Shown here: one piece after another, positions 30,304 to 40,931 of the stretch
How the letters are laid out: each line of letters starts with the position of its first letter
Numbering within the stretch: the stretch's first letter is position 1
Assembly: GCA_965209085.1 (NCBI GenBank)
Contig: OZ242376.1
Coordinates: forward strand, 512,001 to 576,000
Source of the DNA: Nitrosopumilaceae archaeon
GTDB taxonomy: Archaea; Thermoproteota; Nitrososphaeria; Nitrososphaerales; Nitrosopumilaceae
Reading direction: 5' to 3'
Length of the DNA stretch: 64,000 nt
Translations under genes and position numbers: made by a program
The notes under the pieces: model-generated
The model's input: only the letters and a program-made list of their open reading frames with translations
Told to the model about the DNA's origin: nothing
Databases searched by the model: none

Positions 30304-31535
30304 ATCAAATTGAAATCAGAGAATATGATAAAAAAACCATAGAATATGTGATAAATGATGATGATAAAATTTTACTAGAAAAATTAAAAAGGAAACAAAT
30401 TCTTAATATTACAGAGGATCTCATAAATAAAAAATTACAGATCGAATCCCAAAGTTATATTGGCACTATAAAATTTTCCGATTTCATTTTGATTATATTT
30501 CCTAAAATATCTATTGAAAAAATTGTTGATCTATTAAATTACGTATTTGATATAAAATTAAAAATTTTTAATAACGATATATCGGAAAGATTTCAAATAC
30601 ACGATAAAAAGAATACATTAATTGAAATCATCATACATACATTTGTAAAAGAATGTCAATGTGTTTTACAACATGGACTGATAAAATCATATGTTTCTCA
30701 TGAAAATAACCAGACATTTTTAAGAGGTAAACTATTAGTTAATCGTCAAATTATTAATGATTCGTGCATGAATTTACAATTTATGTGTGAATATGATGAA
30801 TATGATTCAAACATATTGGAAAACCAAATATTACTTTTTTGTCTTCATCAATGTTATAATATAACAAATAATATGAAAAATAAAAAAAATATTCTTCAAA
30901 TAGCTGAAATGTTTGAAGGAGTAACTATTAACAAAAATATCATATCTAGTGATTTTGATGACATTAGTTATAACCAACTAAATGATCATTATATAGCTGC
31001 ACACGATTTATCCAAATTGATAATAGACGGTCTTATAATGTCTGATGATAAAAATTCTGATGTTTCCGTAAGCTCATTTTTTATTGACATGAATAGAATT
31101 TTTGAAAAATTTATCACCAAGTTATTTATTGATTTTTATCCTATGAAATGTTCCAAACAAAAAAAATCAACACCATTTATTCATGGCTTAAACGTTGATT
31201 CCACATTTAGCATAATACCAGATATTTTACTTGAAGAAAAAAATATAATCAAGGATATTATTGATATAAAATATAAATATAAATATGTAAATGGAGATAT
31301 ATACCAAATTTCATTTTATGCAAAATATTATAAAAAAAATATTGCACATATTATATTACCTACAATCAAACAAACTTATAATCAATCAATTCGATTAAAT
31401 AATCAAGAATTTACGATTAATATAATATATATAAATATTGATGATTTTTTAAATGAAATACATTCTAATTTTAATGATAAATCTAGTATAAATATTACAA
31501 TAAAATTAAAAAAATTACTGACAAATATTATTTAG
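30300..31535 (+). CDS. mcrC: McrC-family nuclease subunit
   Basis: LRGKL, ENQI, DMNRIFEKF, PDI...DIKYK...DIYQ; overlaps mcrB stop. Confidence 0.9.
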   Translation: MNQIEIREYDKKTIEYVINDDDKILLEKLKRKQILNITEDLINKKLQIESQSYIGTIKFSDFILIIFPKISIEKIVDLLNYVFDIKLKIFNNDISERFQIHDKKNTLIEIIIHTFVKECQCVLQHGLIKSYVSHENNQTFLRGKLLVNRQIINDSCMNLQFMCEYDEYDSNILENQILLFCLHQCYNITNNMKNKKNILQIAEMFEGVTINKNIISSDFDDISYNQLNDHYIAAHDLSKLIIDGLIMSDDKNSDVSVSSFFIDMNRIFEKFITKLFIDFYPMKCSKQKKSTPFIHGLNVDSTFSIIPDILLEEKNIIKDIIDIKYKYKYVNGDIYQISFYAKYYKKNIAHIILPTIKQTYNQSIRLNNQEFTINIIYINIDDFLNEIHSNFNDKSSINITIKLKKLLTNII

Positions 31536-31752
31536 ATGTGCATACAATGAATCGTATATTAACACAATAGACCGTCATAATCATTAGGCCTTATGCATAA
31601 TCAATCACTGAGACATACGGTTTCGACTATGACGCTGTCATGATCAAAGTACACATGGCCTAAAACCTTCAAGCAGACAACAAAATAAATCAAAATATCA
31701 TATGCATGACAAAAAGCAGAATATTATGCGTGACTGTATGCACAAAGATGTG

Positions 31753-32907
31753 CTACTTGATTTGAGCGCAAACTTTTTCCAACGGTTCGATATACTTGCG
31801 ATCCTTTAACATGATGTGCAGATTGGTCAGTCCTGTAACCACTTGGATTTCTGTATAAAACGCATCCATTGTATCATCATATACGGCACTCATTCTGCGG
31901 AACCATTTGAGCCGGTTTATGGCATGCTCTACTTTTATGCGCTTACGACTGATTCTCTTGCTGTATTCACGTTCCGTCTCTGTCAGCCCCTTACCCTTTG
32001 GTTTTTTGTACGGCTGCTTTGAGATAATGCCCCGATAGTCTTTTTCCACGGACAGATATCCCTTGTCAGTATATAGCATAATTTGGCGCTCTTTTTTTGT
32101 ATCAGAGTTTTTCATGCCATCGGTCCATTTGCCAAAATTTGGCGGATTACGCCGCAGTACCTCCATGTCATGTACTGAGCCCTCTTCAGGTCCGCCAATG
32201 TCAAGTACCAACCCGTCTTTGTTTGAGGTTATCTGTACGTTGTAGACGTGCCTCTTGCGCTTTCCAGAGTATACTACCTCTTGGTTTTCCTGCGGTCTTT
32301 GAACCTGTACAAACGTGGCATCAAGATACATCTCGCCGCCGCCTCTGCCGGGTACGAATTTTTTAAACAACTCGCTTGTACGTATTGTCCGTATTGCAGC
32401 ACCAATATTCTTAGCCGTTGGAAGAATATTCATCAACAATTCATCAGAAAAGGTCAGATATCTGCTGATGGTGCTCTGATCAACGCCTGCAATGGCCGCA
32501 AGCAATTCCTGTTTAGGATTGTTGCGTTTGCGGCACAGTGTGACAAACAAAATTTGAGATGCAGTGAGAATACAGGTGTTTCCAGGATCGTCGACATAAT
32601 CTGAAAAGCGGGGGACCTTGGGCGAATATTCGATAACTTTTTCAAACCGTTCCTGAATCCATTCAAACTCTTCACGGTTCATTCCAGTCGTCCCGTACAA
32701 ATAATTGTCATCATCAATTATGTGGTTCAAATATTCGTAGGCAGATTGTTGTTTTTCGACCTCATTATCATGTATCGTTTTTTTGTAGTGTTGAATTTCT
32801 GCTTCAAGCTTGGAGATCATCTCTGTTTGCTGGGCGATTATACGCTTGTCTGGGGCACACATGCTGTACGAATGTGATACTAGATCATAGATCTTTCGAT
32901 TTGTCAA
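31753..32907 (-). CDS. IS5-family (DDE_Tnp_4-type) transposase
   Basis: LDATFVQVQRP, YSGKRKRH, GSVHD, DKGY, RIKVEHAINRLK. Confidence 0.92.
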   Translation of the reverse strand: MTNRKIYDLVSHSYSMCAPDKRIIAQQTEMISKLEAEIQHYKKTIHDNEVEKQQSAYEYLNHIIDDDNYLYGTTGMNREEFEWIQERFEKVIEYSPKVPRFSDYVDDPGNTCILTASQILFVTLCRKRNNPKQELLAAIAGVDQSTISRYLTFSDELLMNILPTAKNIGAAIRTIRTSELFKKFVPGRGGGEMYLDATFVQVQRPQENQEVVYSGKRKRHVYNVQITSNKDGLVLDIGGPEEGSVHDMEVLRRNPPNFGKWTDGMKNSDTKKERQIMLYTDKGYLSVEKDYRGIISKQPYKKPKGKGLTETEREYSKRISRKRIKVEHAINRLKWFRRMSAVYDDTMDAFYTEIQVVTGLTNLHIMLKDRKYIEPLEKVCAQIK

Positions 32908-32930
32908 AATTGATTTTTTGGTTAATTATG

Positions 32931-34369
32931 TAGGTCATATCACAACCTGCCTAATTCTGACATTTTGACTAAAACGATATTAAAATATCCAAGTTGGCGA
33001 CAATTTTGATTCCATAGATTTAGATCATCCCACAAAGTGGACGAATTATGAGAAACACCCACGGAGATGATCCACTATGAGTAGAAAGCACTGTGTAATA
33101 AAAATATCGAATGCAGAAACCAAAGAGGCGGATAAAAAAAGAATTGCCGAGAAAAACCTGAAAAGCCGTGCTGCATCCATGCTGTTTGGCCATCTGAGCC
33201 AGTTTGCAGTCCCAAAAGAATACAAAAAAGAACTCAAATGCATGAACAAATGTAAGAACGGCAGACGTTACATGTATCCGGACAAGCTTTTTTGGGTATT
33301 ATCTGTAATTCAAGCGTGCACAAGTTACTCAAGCTGCACTATTGAAGGGATGGTTAGAAAAGTAATGGATGATGCATCTCCATCTAGCAGTACGATATAC
33401 AAACGCATACAGAGATTGGACATTTCTGATAACGGATTGGAAAAGATGGCCCGCATGTGTGGTCTGTCTTTAAAAACACTTGATCCGACAAGGCGCATGA
33501 ACGGACAGCCTACGATGCTCATCTCTATTGATTCAAGAGGACTGAAACTATCAAAACTTGGATCATGGATAAAAGAAAAATGGGGCATATCAAGTCCGTT
33601 TCTAAAACTGCATCTTGTCATAAACGTAGAAACGCTTGAAATACTCGATTTTAAGATAACAAAAAGCAACAAGGGGGATGCATCACAGTTTCCACAGATG
33701 ATAAGAAAGGCACGCAAAAAGATCAGATGGCAGCTTGCGCACATGATATCTGAGATGGATTCAACTGAAGAGACTGCCAAATACAAAAACACAATGATGA
33801 AAATTCTTGGCGATGGGGCATACGGTACAAAAGAAAATTACAACGTGTGTGACAAACTTTGCATGTCTGGTCTGTTAAAGGTGCGTATCAATTCAGCACT
33901 GTCAGGCGGCAGTCATGAACGCAATACGGCGGTGCGAGAACAGCTTGGAGGAGATGCAAGCAAGCGTACAATGGATGATGTTTCAATACAAAAACGAAAG
34001 GAAAATCTGAAAAAATGGAAAAAAGATATAGAGTATGGAAAAAGATGGCACTCTGAAATTGTTTTTGCAATATTCAAAGAAAGGTTTGGAGAACATGTAC
34101 GATCAAGATATATGAAAAACATAAAGCAAGAAATTGGCATGAAAATCCTAGTGTACAATTTGTTAATATGTGCCGTACACTGACACAAACTGCAATAAGC
34201 CTAGCGGACGCTGTATGCAGATGTGTGAATTTTGGAAGATTTTTGTGTAAAATTACGGTTTGATAACAAATGGGTCCGGATATCGATGACAGGTGTGTGT
34301 TTTTGGAAGATTTACTGTCATTTTTGATGGAATTTCCAATAGAATTTTCAATAGTTGTGACATGACCTA
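32931..34369 (+). mobile_element. IS5-family (IS903-like) element
   Basis: 16-bp TIRs TAGGTCATATCACAAC / GTTGTGACATGACCTA (1 mismatch); 8-bp TSD TAATTATG at 32923-32930 and 34370-34377. Confidence 0.9.
33077..34183 (+). CDS. IS5/IS903-like transposase
   Basis: GRRYMY, IDSRGLK..G.W, KLHL, GDGAY, YGKRWHSE..F...K. Confidence 0.88.
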   Translation: MSRKHCVIKISNAETKEADKKRIAEKNLKSRAASMLFGHLSQFAVPKEYKKELKCMNKCKNGRRYMYPDKLFWVLSVIQACTSYSSCTIEGMVRKVMDDASPSSSTIYKRIQRLDISDNGLEKMARMCGLSLKTLDPTRRMNGQPTMLISIDSRGLKLSKLGSWIKEKWGISSPFLKLHLVINVETLEILDFKITKSNKGDASQFPQMIRKARKKIRWQLAHMISEMDSTEETAKYKNTMMKILGDGAYGTKENYNVCDKLCMSGLLKVRINSALSGGSHERNTAVREQLGGDASKRTMDDVSIQKRKENLKKWKKDIEYGKRWHSEIVFAIFKERFGEHVRSRYMKNIKQEIGMKILVYNLLICAVH

Positions 34370-34439
34370 TAATTATGCATAAGGTCTAATGAATCAAATT
34401 AACAATTTTTACAAACAAAAATGAATGATTTGAATGATT

Positions 34440-34690
34440 AGACTTTATTCATAATTAACTAAAAAAGCAATTTGCTAAATCAAAAGATCTATGATCAAGG
34501 ATCACATTCATGCAGATGTGTACTCCGGGCAGTCATATAATTCCCAAACTGAAAATGAAGAATTCCAACCTTGAAGCATGAATAAAGATCTACAAAAAGA
34601 CGGTTACAGACAACGGTGAAAATCATGGGCTATAGACAGACGGTGTTTTTGACCACATGATTGATAATAATGAGCAGCTGTACTGGGAAA
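34440..34690 (+). pseudogene. Decayed 5' end of the ISL2-like element
   Basis: AGACTTTATTCATAATTAACTAAAAAA...AAGATCTATGATC resembles the 47669 end; FDHMIDNNEQLY resembles the transposase N-terminus. Confidence 0.6.
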
Positions 34691-34855
34691 TCCAACAGCG
34701 GTTCAGTGTTTGTATGGATCACTCTCTCTTGTATCGGCGACTCGAACATTCTCTTGTTTGTAGTGCTGGTTATTGTTTAATAGGTAAATTCGTACAATAT
34801 TTCACTCGTTTGCATAAACATGAATTTAGTGATTTTATGAAATTACAACATCATA

Positions 34856-36724
34856 TCATAGACATTTATAATAATTCTCAATTTTTTTTGCCATAAGCTC
34901 TCTCCTTTGATCTAAAAAGTCGTGATAATCATCAATTGACATATCAAACACAGATTTTGGTATGCAGTTTTGCTTCATGTTTTCATTTAAATCCTCTGAA
35001 TTGATAATGCCACCGTATTTGATTTCTCCATCATTACATTGTTTCAATACATCCTCAAAATATTTGAATGGAGGTTCATCATTTATTGCAATATTAATTT
35101 CAGGTTGTGTGTATACAAGATTTGAAATTTGATTGTAATCTCCTCTATTGTTAAATTTTTTCTTAAGATATGCTTTAGGAAATATATGGTGAATATCACC
35201 TTTTCCATCTACCATATCTCTGATTGTGATATCTTTGGAAAGGAATCCTTTATCATTATATTTAATTTGAGATGCAAAAAATACACTAAGAAACGAACTG
35301 CCTCGGTTAGAGTTTTTTAATTTAGATAATAATTCCACACTCCAAAATGCTTTAGATAAATCAGTATCTTCTATGAATTTTAAATGACTTTTAATATCTT
35401 GTGTGATCTTTTTAACATCACTATCAAATGTTGATTCAGGTGATGATGAATATCTGCCAGTGAGTAATGACATGACCAACCATTTCTTAACAAATTGTTC
35501 AATTTCAGATGGAACCATTCCTTGTTCTTTTAATTTTAAATAAACAATATATGCAAAATTTATGGCATGTTGTGGTTGTATAAATTTTGAATTGGTGAAT
35601 CCTGCAGATTTTACGATTAGGATAAATCTTTTAAAATTTGTTTCATTTACAAATTTTAATACGCTTTTTTCTAATTTTTTAAATGTATTCTCTTGTATTA
35701 TAGATTCAAATTCTCTTGTTTCAAAATTCCTTCCAGAAAGAAGACTTACTAAATCTGACATTTTCCCTCTGTTAAATTCACTTGTAAATGCAACACGAAG
35801 TAAATCCGAATATCTAGGTTCGTATAAATTATTATTTTCTTTTTCCAACCATTGTATTTTCTGTAAAAAACCTGTTTTTGCAAAATCTTTGTCAATATTT
35901 TCAAGATCTGAATAAAAATCTGGCGTTTTTATTAAATGACAAAAATAATCTATCAATTTTCTAAGATTTGAACCAACATCATTTTGAGCGGCAATTTTAG
36001 ACATTACAAAATCTGCTTGGCTAAGAGTTACGCCCGTAGAATTCACTCTTTCAAAAATAATTTCAACGGTTTCTATATCAAGATCGTGTTCTAATTCAAT
36101 AATGCCTACATTCAGAGTTCCGACAGATCGTAGTTTTTCCAGATTGTCATCAACTTCATCTTCATCTGCATCAGGATTGTTTTTACAGTATTCTTGAAGA
36201 ACTTTTCTAATTCTAGATCTTCCGCTCACAATTGGTGAAATGTCTGAAATCCAAGAAGCATCCTTATCGATCACAGGATTCAGAACTTCAAATTTATATT
36301 CATCAGAACCAGATGGGTGAAATGCGATAGTAATTTTTTCTTTTTTATAGTTTTTATCAACAACTTCTTTGCCTAAAACTGCTGCTGTTAATGCTGTAAT
36401 CCTTTGTTGGCCATCTATGAGAATTTTTTTTCCTTCAGATGTAGTGCCGTCTTTCAATTTTATTGCTGGATTCTTCCATGCAATCAAATAGCCAATAGGA
36501 TATGCGTGGTACAACGAATCCATCAAATCTCTAACTTGTTTCTTAGTCCAAACAAATGGACGTTGTATTTCAGGAACTGCCATTTCTTTAGTTTTTATCC
36601 AGGTTAAAATTGTGTTTATGTCCACTTGATTTACATGGTATGTCAATAAGAAAATCAATGATTCTAGAGTATTTATTTGATTATATGCCAAAACTGGAAA
36701 ATAAAAAGAAAGAAAGTTTAACAC
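34856..36724 (-). CDS. GmrSD-type restriction endonuclease (DUF262 + HNH-like domain)
   Basis: VPEIQRPFVW, LIDGQQR, FERVN.TG, DIHHIFP...N; real start probably ~36645. Confidence 0.9.
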   Translation of the reverse strand: MLNFLSFYFPVLAYNQINTLESLIFLLTYHVNQVDINTILTWIKTKEMAVPEIQRPFVWTKKQVRDLMDSLYHAYPIGYLIAWKNPAIKLKDGTTSEGKKILIDGQQRITALTAAVLGKEVVDKNYKKEKITIAFHPSGSDEYKFEVLNPVIDKDASWISDISPIVSGRSRIRKVLQEYCKNNPDADEDEVDDNLEKLRSVGTLNVGIIELEHDLDIETVEIIFERVNSTGVTLSQADFVMSKIAAQNDVGSNLRKLIDYFCHLIKTPDFYSDLENIDKDFAKTGFLQKIQWLEKENNNLYEPRYSDLLRVAFTSEFNRGKMSDLVSLLSGRNFETREFESIIQENTFKKLEKSVLKFVNETNFKRFILIVKSAGFTNSKFIQPQHAINFAYIVYLKLKEQGMVPSEIEQFVKKWLVMSLLTGRYSSSPESTFDSDVKKITQDIKSHLKFIEDTDLSKAFWSVELLSKLKNSNRGSSFLSVFFASQIKYNDKGFLSKDITIRDMVDGKGDIHHIFPKAYLKKKFNNRGDYNQISNLVYTQPEINIAINDEPPFKYFEDVLKQCNDGEIKYGGIINSEDLNENMKQNCIPKSVFDMSIDDYHDFLDQRRELMAKKIENYYKCL

Positions 36725-36985
36725 ACACTGTGATTTTCTGTCACACTACGTCACTTACGATCTAGACTCACGGTTATGTTTTAATCTCAAACTGAGACTA
36801 CAGTAACTCTCAATCTTTTCGGATAGAATCAACTTTTTCTAATGGAAAATATGTGAATTATACTGAAAAACTTTTGAGGTATATTGTAGTCATCATCACT
36901 TACATTATAACATTCAATTTCAATATTTTTATATATTGACTAATGAAAGAGTATTTTTGCAGTGTCATTAAATTCTGTAAGTGTA

Positions 36986-37744
36986 TTACTGATCAAAACA
37001 ATTTGTTTTGTTTTGTTTTGTTTTGTTTTGTTTTGTTTTGTTTTGTTTTGTTTTGTTTTGTTTTGTTTTGTGTGTTAGATCATAAATGGGCAATACATTA
37101 TTTTTTGTTCTAGCAGGATATTTTATACATTCATTTTCTATTATGTAATCCATATGGAAGATTATATTTCTAAATTCAACTAGGAATAAATCTATATAGT
37201 ATTTTCTTTCTTCATCTTTGCATTTTATTTTATCACATAGTATGTGTATTAATTTACCAAAAGTCATCTTTTGAATATTAGGTATTTTTTTCTCATCAAT
37301 ATAGATTTTTAATGTTTCTTTAATACGTTCTAATGCATCAGCGATTATAAATGATGATGTTTTACAATGAAATACGATAAATTCATCATGTGTCAAGCCT
37401 GGAGAATTTTTTTCATCTAAGATTATTTTTGAAAATGCGGATATATATTTTATGAAATTCTTAAGTGTCAAGAAAGTTGTTCTATTCGTACATTTATCCA
37501 TATCAATGTCGATCATTTCTGCATTGTTGAGATGATTCATAAAATCAATTATCATAGTTCGTATTTTGTTTTGAGTTTCAGTATATTCTACAATCAATTT
37601 GCTGGTGTTTATGCATATATGTAACAGGTTATATTGTGATAACCTAATCATAAAAAAAAATAAAAATGTTAATATGTAAAATAACATATGATGATGTATG
37701 GATAAATCGATTTTACAATGTATATTAGGATTTAGTATAGGCAT
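36986..37744 (-). CDS. HEPN-like protein, C-terminus apparently frameshifted by a microsatellite
   Basis: MTFGKLI...FRNIIFH (Rx4H); real start likely ~37560-37600. Confidence 0.55.
   Translation of the reverse strand: MPILNPNIHCKIDLSIHHHMLFYILTFLFFFMIRLSQYNLLHICINTSKLIVEYTETQNKIRTMIIDFMNHLNNAEMIDIDMDKCTNRTTFLTLKNFIKYISAFSKIILDEKNSPGLTHDEFIVFHCKTSSFIIADALERIKETLKIYIDEKKIPNIQKMTFGKLIHILCDKIKCKDEERKYYIDLFLVEFRNIIFHMDYIIENECIKYPARTKNNVLPIYDLTHKTKQNKTKQNKTKQNKTKQNKTNCFDQ
37002..37070. repeat. Pentanucleotide repeat TTTG(TTTTG)13
   Basis: Read directly from the sequence. Confidence 0.97.
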
Positions 37745-37982
37745 GGTAATATGTGAATTATATAAAAGAGGTATGACAGAAGAAGCTAAAAAAAAATGGG
37801 AAAATACTATAAAAATTCATCATGGAGAAGCTGGATTAATAATGGTAGGTGTTGGAGGTCTTACAAAATCTCCATTCTTTATAGGATTAGGTTTAGCTTT
37901 ATCACTACACGATATTGATGATATCAACATGTGGTTCCAACTTAGCTTGGGTGCAACAGATGAACTTAATGCAGGATTATAG
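37698..37982 (+). CDS. Small hypothetical membrane protein
   Basis: Hydrophobic segments; KIHHGEAG...LHD. Confidence 0.6.
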   Translation: MDKSILQCILGFSIGMVICELYKRGMTEEAKKKWENTIKIHHGEAGLIMVGVGGLTKSPFFIGLGLALSLHDIDDINMWFQLSLGATDELNAGL

Positions 37983-38189
37983 ATGATATTATAAAATAAA
38001 AAAGTAGAGGTTAGATTTAACTCCAATATTTTTCCGTCTCATTGTACATCATTTACGGTCCAGACATACTGTAGACTTGGAGTGAAAACATGTAAGCCAG
38101 TCCGATGCACTTGAAGTTGGTGCGGACCCCTGTACAATGAGAACGATTTTTGCATTAAAAATGATATGATCGGAGGGCTCATTTTACCA

Positions 38190-38998
38190 TTGCCCTCCAT
38201 GCGGTGCCAAATTCTGATGGCGTCGCGTATCCTATTGCAGTGTACCCGGTTCTGATTATAGTCCTCAAAGGCGTATGATATTGCAGCTTTGGCATCCTGG
38301 ATCGTCTCAAGTCGCGCGGTCAGACATACTCTTTCTTGAGACTCTTGTGGAAAGATTCCACATGAGCATCTTGCTCTGGCGTGTGATATTGGATGAATTC
38401 CTGCCTTATACCGTATGCTTTTACAGCATTGCCAAATTGCGCTGAAACATACTGGGAGCCGTTGTCGGTCCTTAAAACAAGCTTTGAGCAGTCCAGTTTC
38501 TTGGATGCCAAGACTTCAGTTAAAGCTGCAATTGCGCCGTCTGTAATAGCTCTTGTCTCAAACGCATATCCTACCCACTCGCGGGTAAATGCAAAGGACG
38601 TTAAACAGATAACACCATCTGTCCTGACCGCACCAAATGTACGTCATGTCAGCTTGCCAGATCTGATCCTGTCCTGCAGGTTTTGGGCGCTTCCTTGAAC
38701 GAATGATCTCTTTTTTGGGTTTTGCAGGTACGTTCAAGCCCAGATAATGGTATATTTTCTTCACTTTTTTGCAGTTTACAGGCTTGCCTGTAATACGGGA
38801 CATGGTGGCAGCCATTCTTCATGTTCCATATGTGAGTCTACTCGGACCAACCTGTTGCACCATCTTTGAGATTTCCTTGTCGATTTGAATAATGCGTGGT
38901 TTTTTCGGAGCGTACAGCATATTGTTGGATATTCTGACATAACGTATGGATTTGTGTGTACTAGGGTCTTGTTTTCGCATGAGTGTTACTGCATTCAT
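38190..38998 (-). pseudogene. IS3 OrfB (rve integrase), frameshifted
   Basis: WQADMTYI, RTDNGSQY, ESFHKSLKKE motifs spread over different frames. Confidence 0.8.
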
Positions 38999-39011
38999 TT
39001 TGTGCTCCCCT

Positions 39012-39302
39012 CTAACGTTTTTTTAAAGCATTATTGGCTATGGTTAGATCTCCAATGATTCTCTTCAACTTGTCCATCTCATGATCGTGCTTTTTACTCT
39101 CATTACGATTATACGGTTTTTTTATGCCTGCCTTGCCACATTCAAAGAATATGTCCCTCCACCGGGTAAAGGATGCCGGATTTATGTTATGTTTGCGACA
39201 CAGTTCTGCAGGAGTGACGTGCGTGTTTATTGACTCCATGATGATATACGCACCTTTTCGTCTGGAGCACGATGTGGTCTTTTCATTGATGGATACCTCC
39301 AA
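39012..39302 (-). CDS. IS3 OrfA (HTH)
   Basis: AELCRKHNI...W...LKRIIGDLTIAN; slippery TTTAAAAAAAC at the 3' end. Confidence 0.8.
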   Translation of the reverse strand: MEVSINEKTTSCSRRKGAYIIMESINTHVTPAELCRKHNINPASFTRWRDIFFECGKAGIKKPYNRNESKKHDHEMDKLKRIIGDLTIANNALKKR

Positions 39303-39555
39303 GACTGGGTAAAATTTGTTTCACTTTGCGTGTTCTCATTTTATGGGGTCCACTCCAAATTGAACATATCCATAAATTAATAACAGGTTGCAAATCGTGA
39401 AAACACCTACTAATAGAGTGGTATTCGTGCATATGCCAGATAAGTTTACAGTATCATCTATTTTGTAAACTCGTCATTTCACGGTGCTTGTTCTATATAC
39501 ATCCCTTCAAATATATGAAAAAATAATAATATACCCGTCTTAATTTTGATACGTC

Positions 39556-40437
39556 ATGACACTTCCTACATTTGAGGATATCATGTTGCCGCTAGTAGAA
39601 TTTTTAGGCGATAATAAAGAGAAAAATTACTCTGAAGTTATATCACATTTATCACATCATTTTAAACTAGATCCAGAAGATCTAAAATTAGAAAAATTCT
39701 CTGGAGGTAATTATTTTTATAATAAAATTGGATGGGCTAAAAATTATTTAACACGAGCGGGAATTTTGGACAAACAAAAAGGCAAGTTTAAGATATCTGT
39801 TAGAGGTCTAGCTGTGCTTAAACAAAAACCGCCAAAGATCGATAGAAAATTTTTACATAATTTTGAAAAACCCTATTATTGGAATGTGCCATCACTAAAT
39901 AAACATCTTCAATTAAATGATGGTGCAAAATCTCCAGATGAATTAATTGATGATGGTTTATCCCAAATTAATACTGTTTTGATTGACGATTTATCACAAA
40001 AATTAAAATCCATAGATCCTATTTCTTTTGAGCAATTACTTCTTGATCTAATAGAAAAACTTGGTTATGGAAAAGGCAAACACGTTGGCAAATCTGGAGA
40101 TGGGGGGATAGATGGAGAAATTCCTCAAGATAAATTAGGTTTGGACATGATCTATCTTCAAGCAAAGAGATATTCTTCTACTGTACCTATTCATGACGTT
40201 CGTGATTTTTTAGGTTCGCTATCAGTAAAAAAAGCAAACAAGGGAATATTCATTACCACTTCTAATTTTCCACAAAACGCTCATGATATTGTAGCAAAAT
40301 CTCAAAAAACTATTATTCTGATAAACGGTCAAGAATTGATTATCTATATGATTAAAAACAACGTAGGTGTTAAAACAAAAAAATCCATACAAATTAAAGA
40401 AATTGATGAAGAATACTTTGATTTTGATTCAAAATAA
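39556..40437 (+). CDS. mrr: Mrr restriction endonuclease
   Basis: Mrr-N (P.FEDIMLPL...WAKNYLTRAG) plus FE.L, GDGGIDG, QAKRY, GIFITTS. Confidence 0.94.
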   Translation: MTLPTFEDIMLPLVEFLGDNKEKNYSEVISHLSHHFKLDPEDLKLEKFSGGNYFYNKIGWAKNYLTRAGILDKQKGKFKISVRGLAVLKQKPPKIDRKFLHNFEKPYYWNVPSLNKHLQLNDGAKSPDELIDDGLSQINTVLIDDLSQKLKSIDPISFEQLLLDLIEKLGYGKGKHVGKSGDGGIDGEIPQDKLGLDMIYLQAKRYSSTVPIHDVRDFLGSLSVKKANKGIFITTSNFPQNAHDIVAKSQKTIILINGQELIIYMIKNNVGVKTKKSIQIKEIDEEYFDFDSK

Positions 40438-40772
40438 ATCTCAAGTAAATATGACGACAAGGCAATATTTATGATATTTCATCACTGCATTGTACGACTC
40501 TTACATTATCTTGATGTCATCGGTTGTCTTTAAGGTATGAGAGAATTATCTGCAATAACTAGGGTGATCTTGAATCTATGATTCTTGATGGACGTTTTAC
40601 AGATCTTGCATGGATTGGAGATTTGCATCATATTTTACCAATTTAATCCAACAATCTTGTAAAACCGTATTGAAATATTATCGTGAATATACATCTCATT
40701 CCCAGTTTTACTTACAAACAAAACCCAAAACAACATCAAATCTATAAATACAAACGACAAAAAACATCATTC

Positions 40773-40931
40773 ATGCCAACAGATCCAGTATGCGGAATAG
40801 AATTTGACGAACAGGTTGCAAAAGACCTGGCAATAAAGCAAGAATACGAGGGTAAAGATTACTATTTCTGCTGCAACGGGTGCAGGCGCATCTTTTTAAA
40901 AAAACCCCGCAAATGGAAACGCAAAGACTAG
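40773..40931 (+). CDS. YHS/TRASH-domain protein
   Basis: MPTDPVCG...YEGKDYYFCC..C; start reset to ATG 40773. Confidence 0.88.
   Translation: MPTDPVCGIEFDEQVAKDLAIKQEYEGKDYYFCCNGCRRIFLKKPRKWKRKD

Larger units (their letters stand above)
31586..34387 (-). mobile_element. IS5-family (ISL2-like) element, copy 1, with nested IS
   Basis: Ends AGGCCTTATGCATAAT (31586) and ATTATGCATAAGGTCT (34387); flanks ATT/AAT do not match. Confidence 0.85.
38118..39357 (-). mobile_element. IS3-family element, decayed
   Basis: Imperfect TIRs TGGTGCGGACCCC..AATGAGAAC / GTTCTCATT..GGGGTCCACTCCA; orfA plus broken orfB. Confidence 0.85.
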
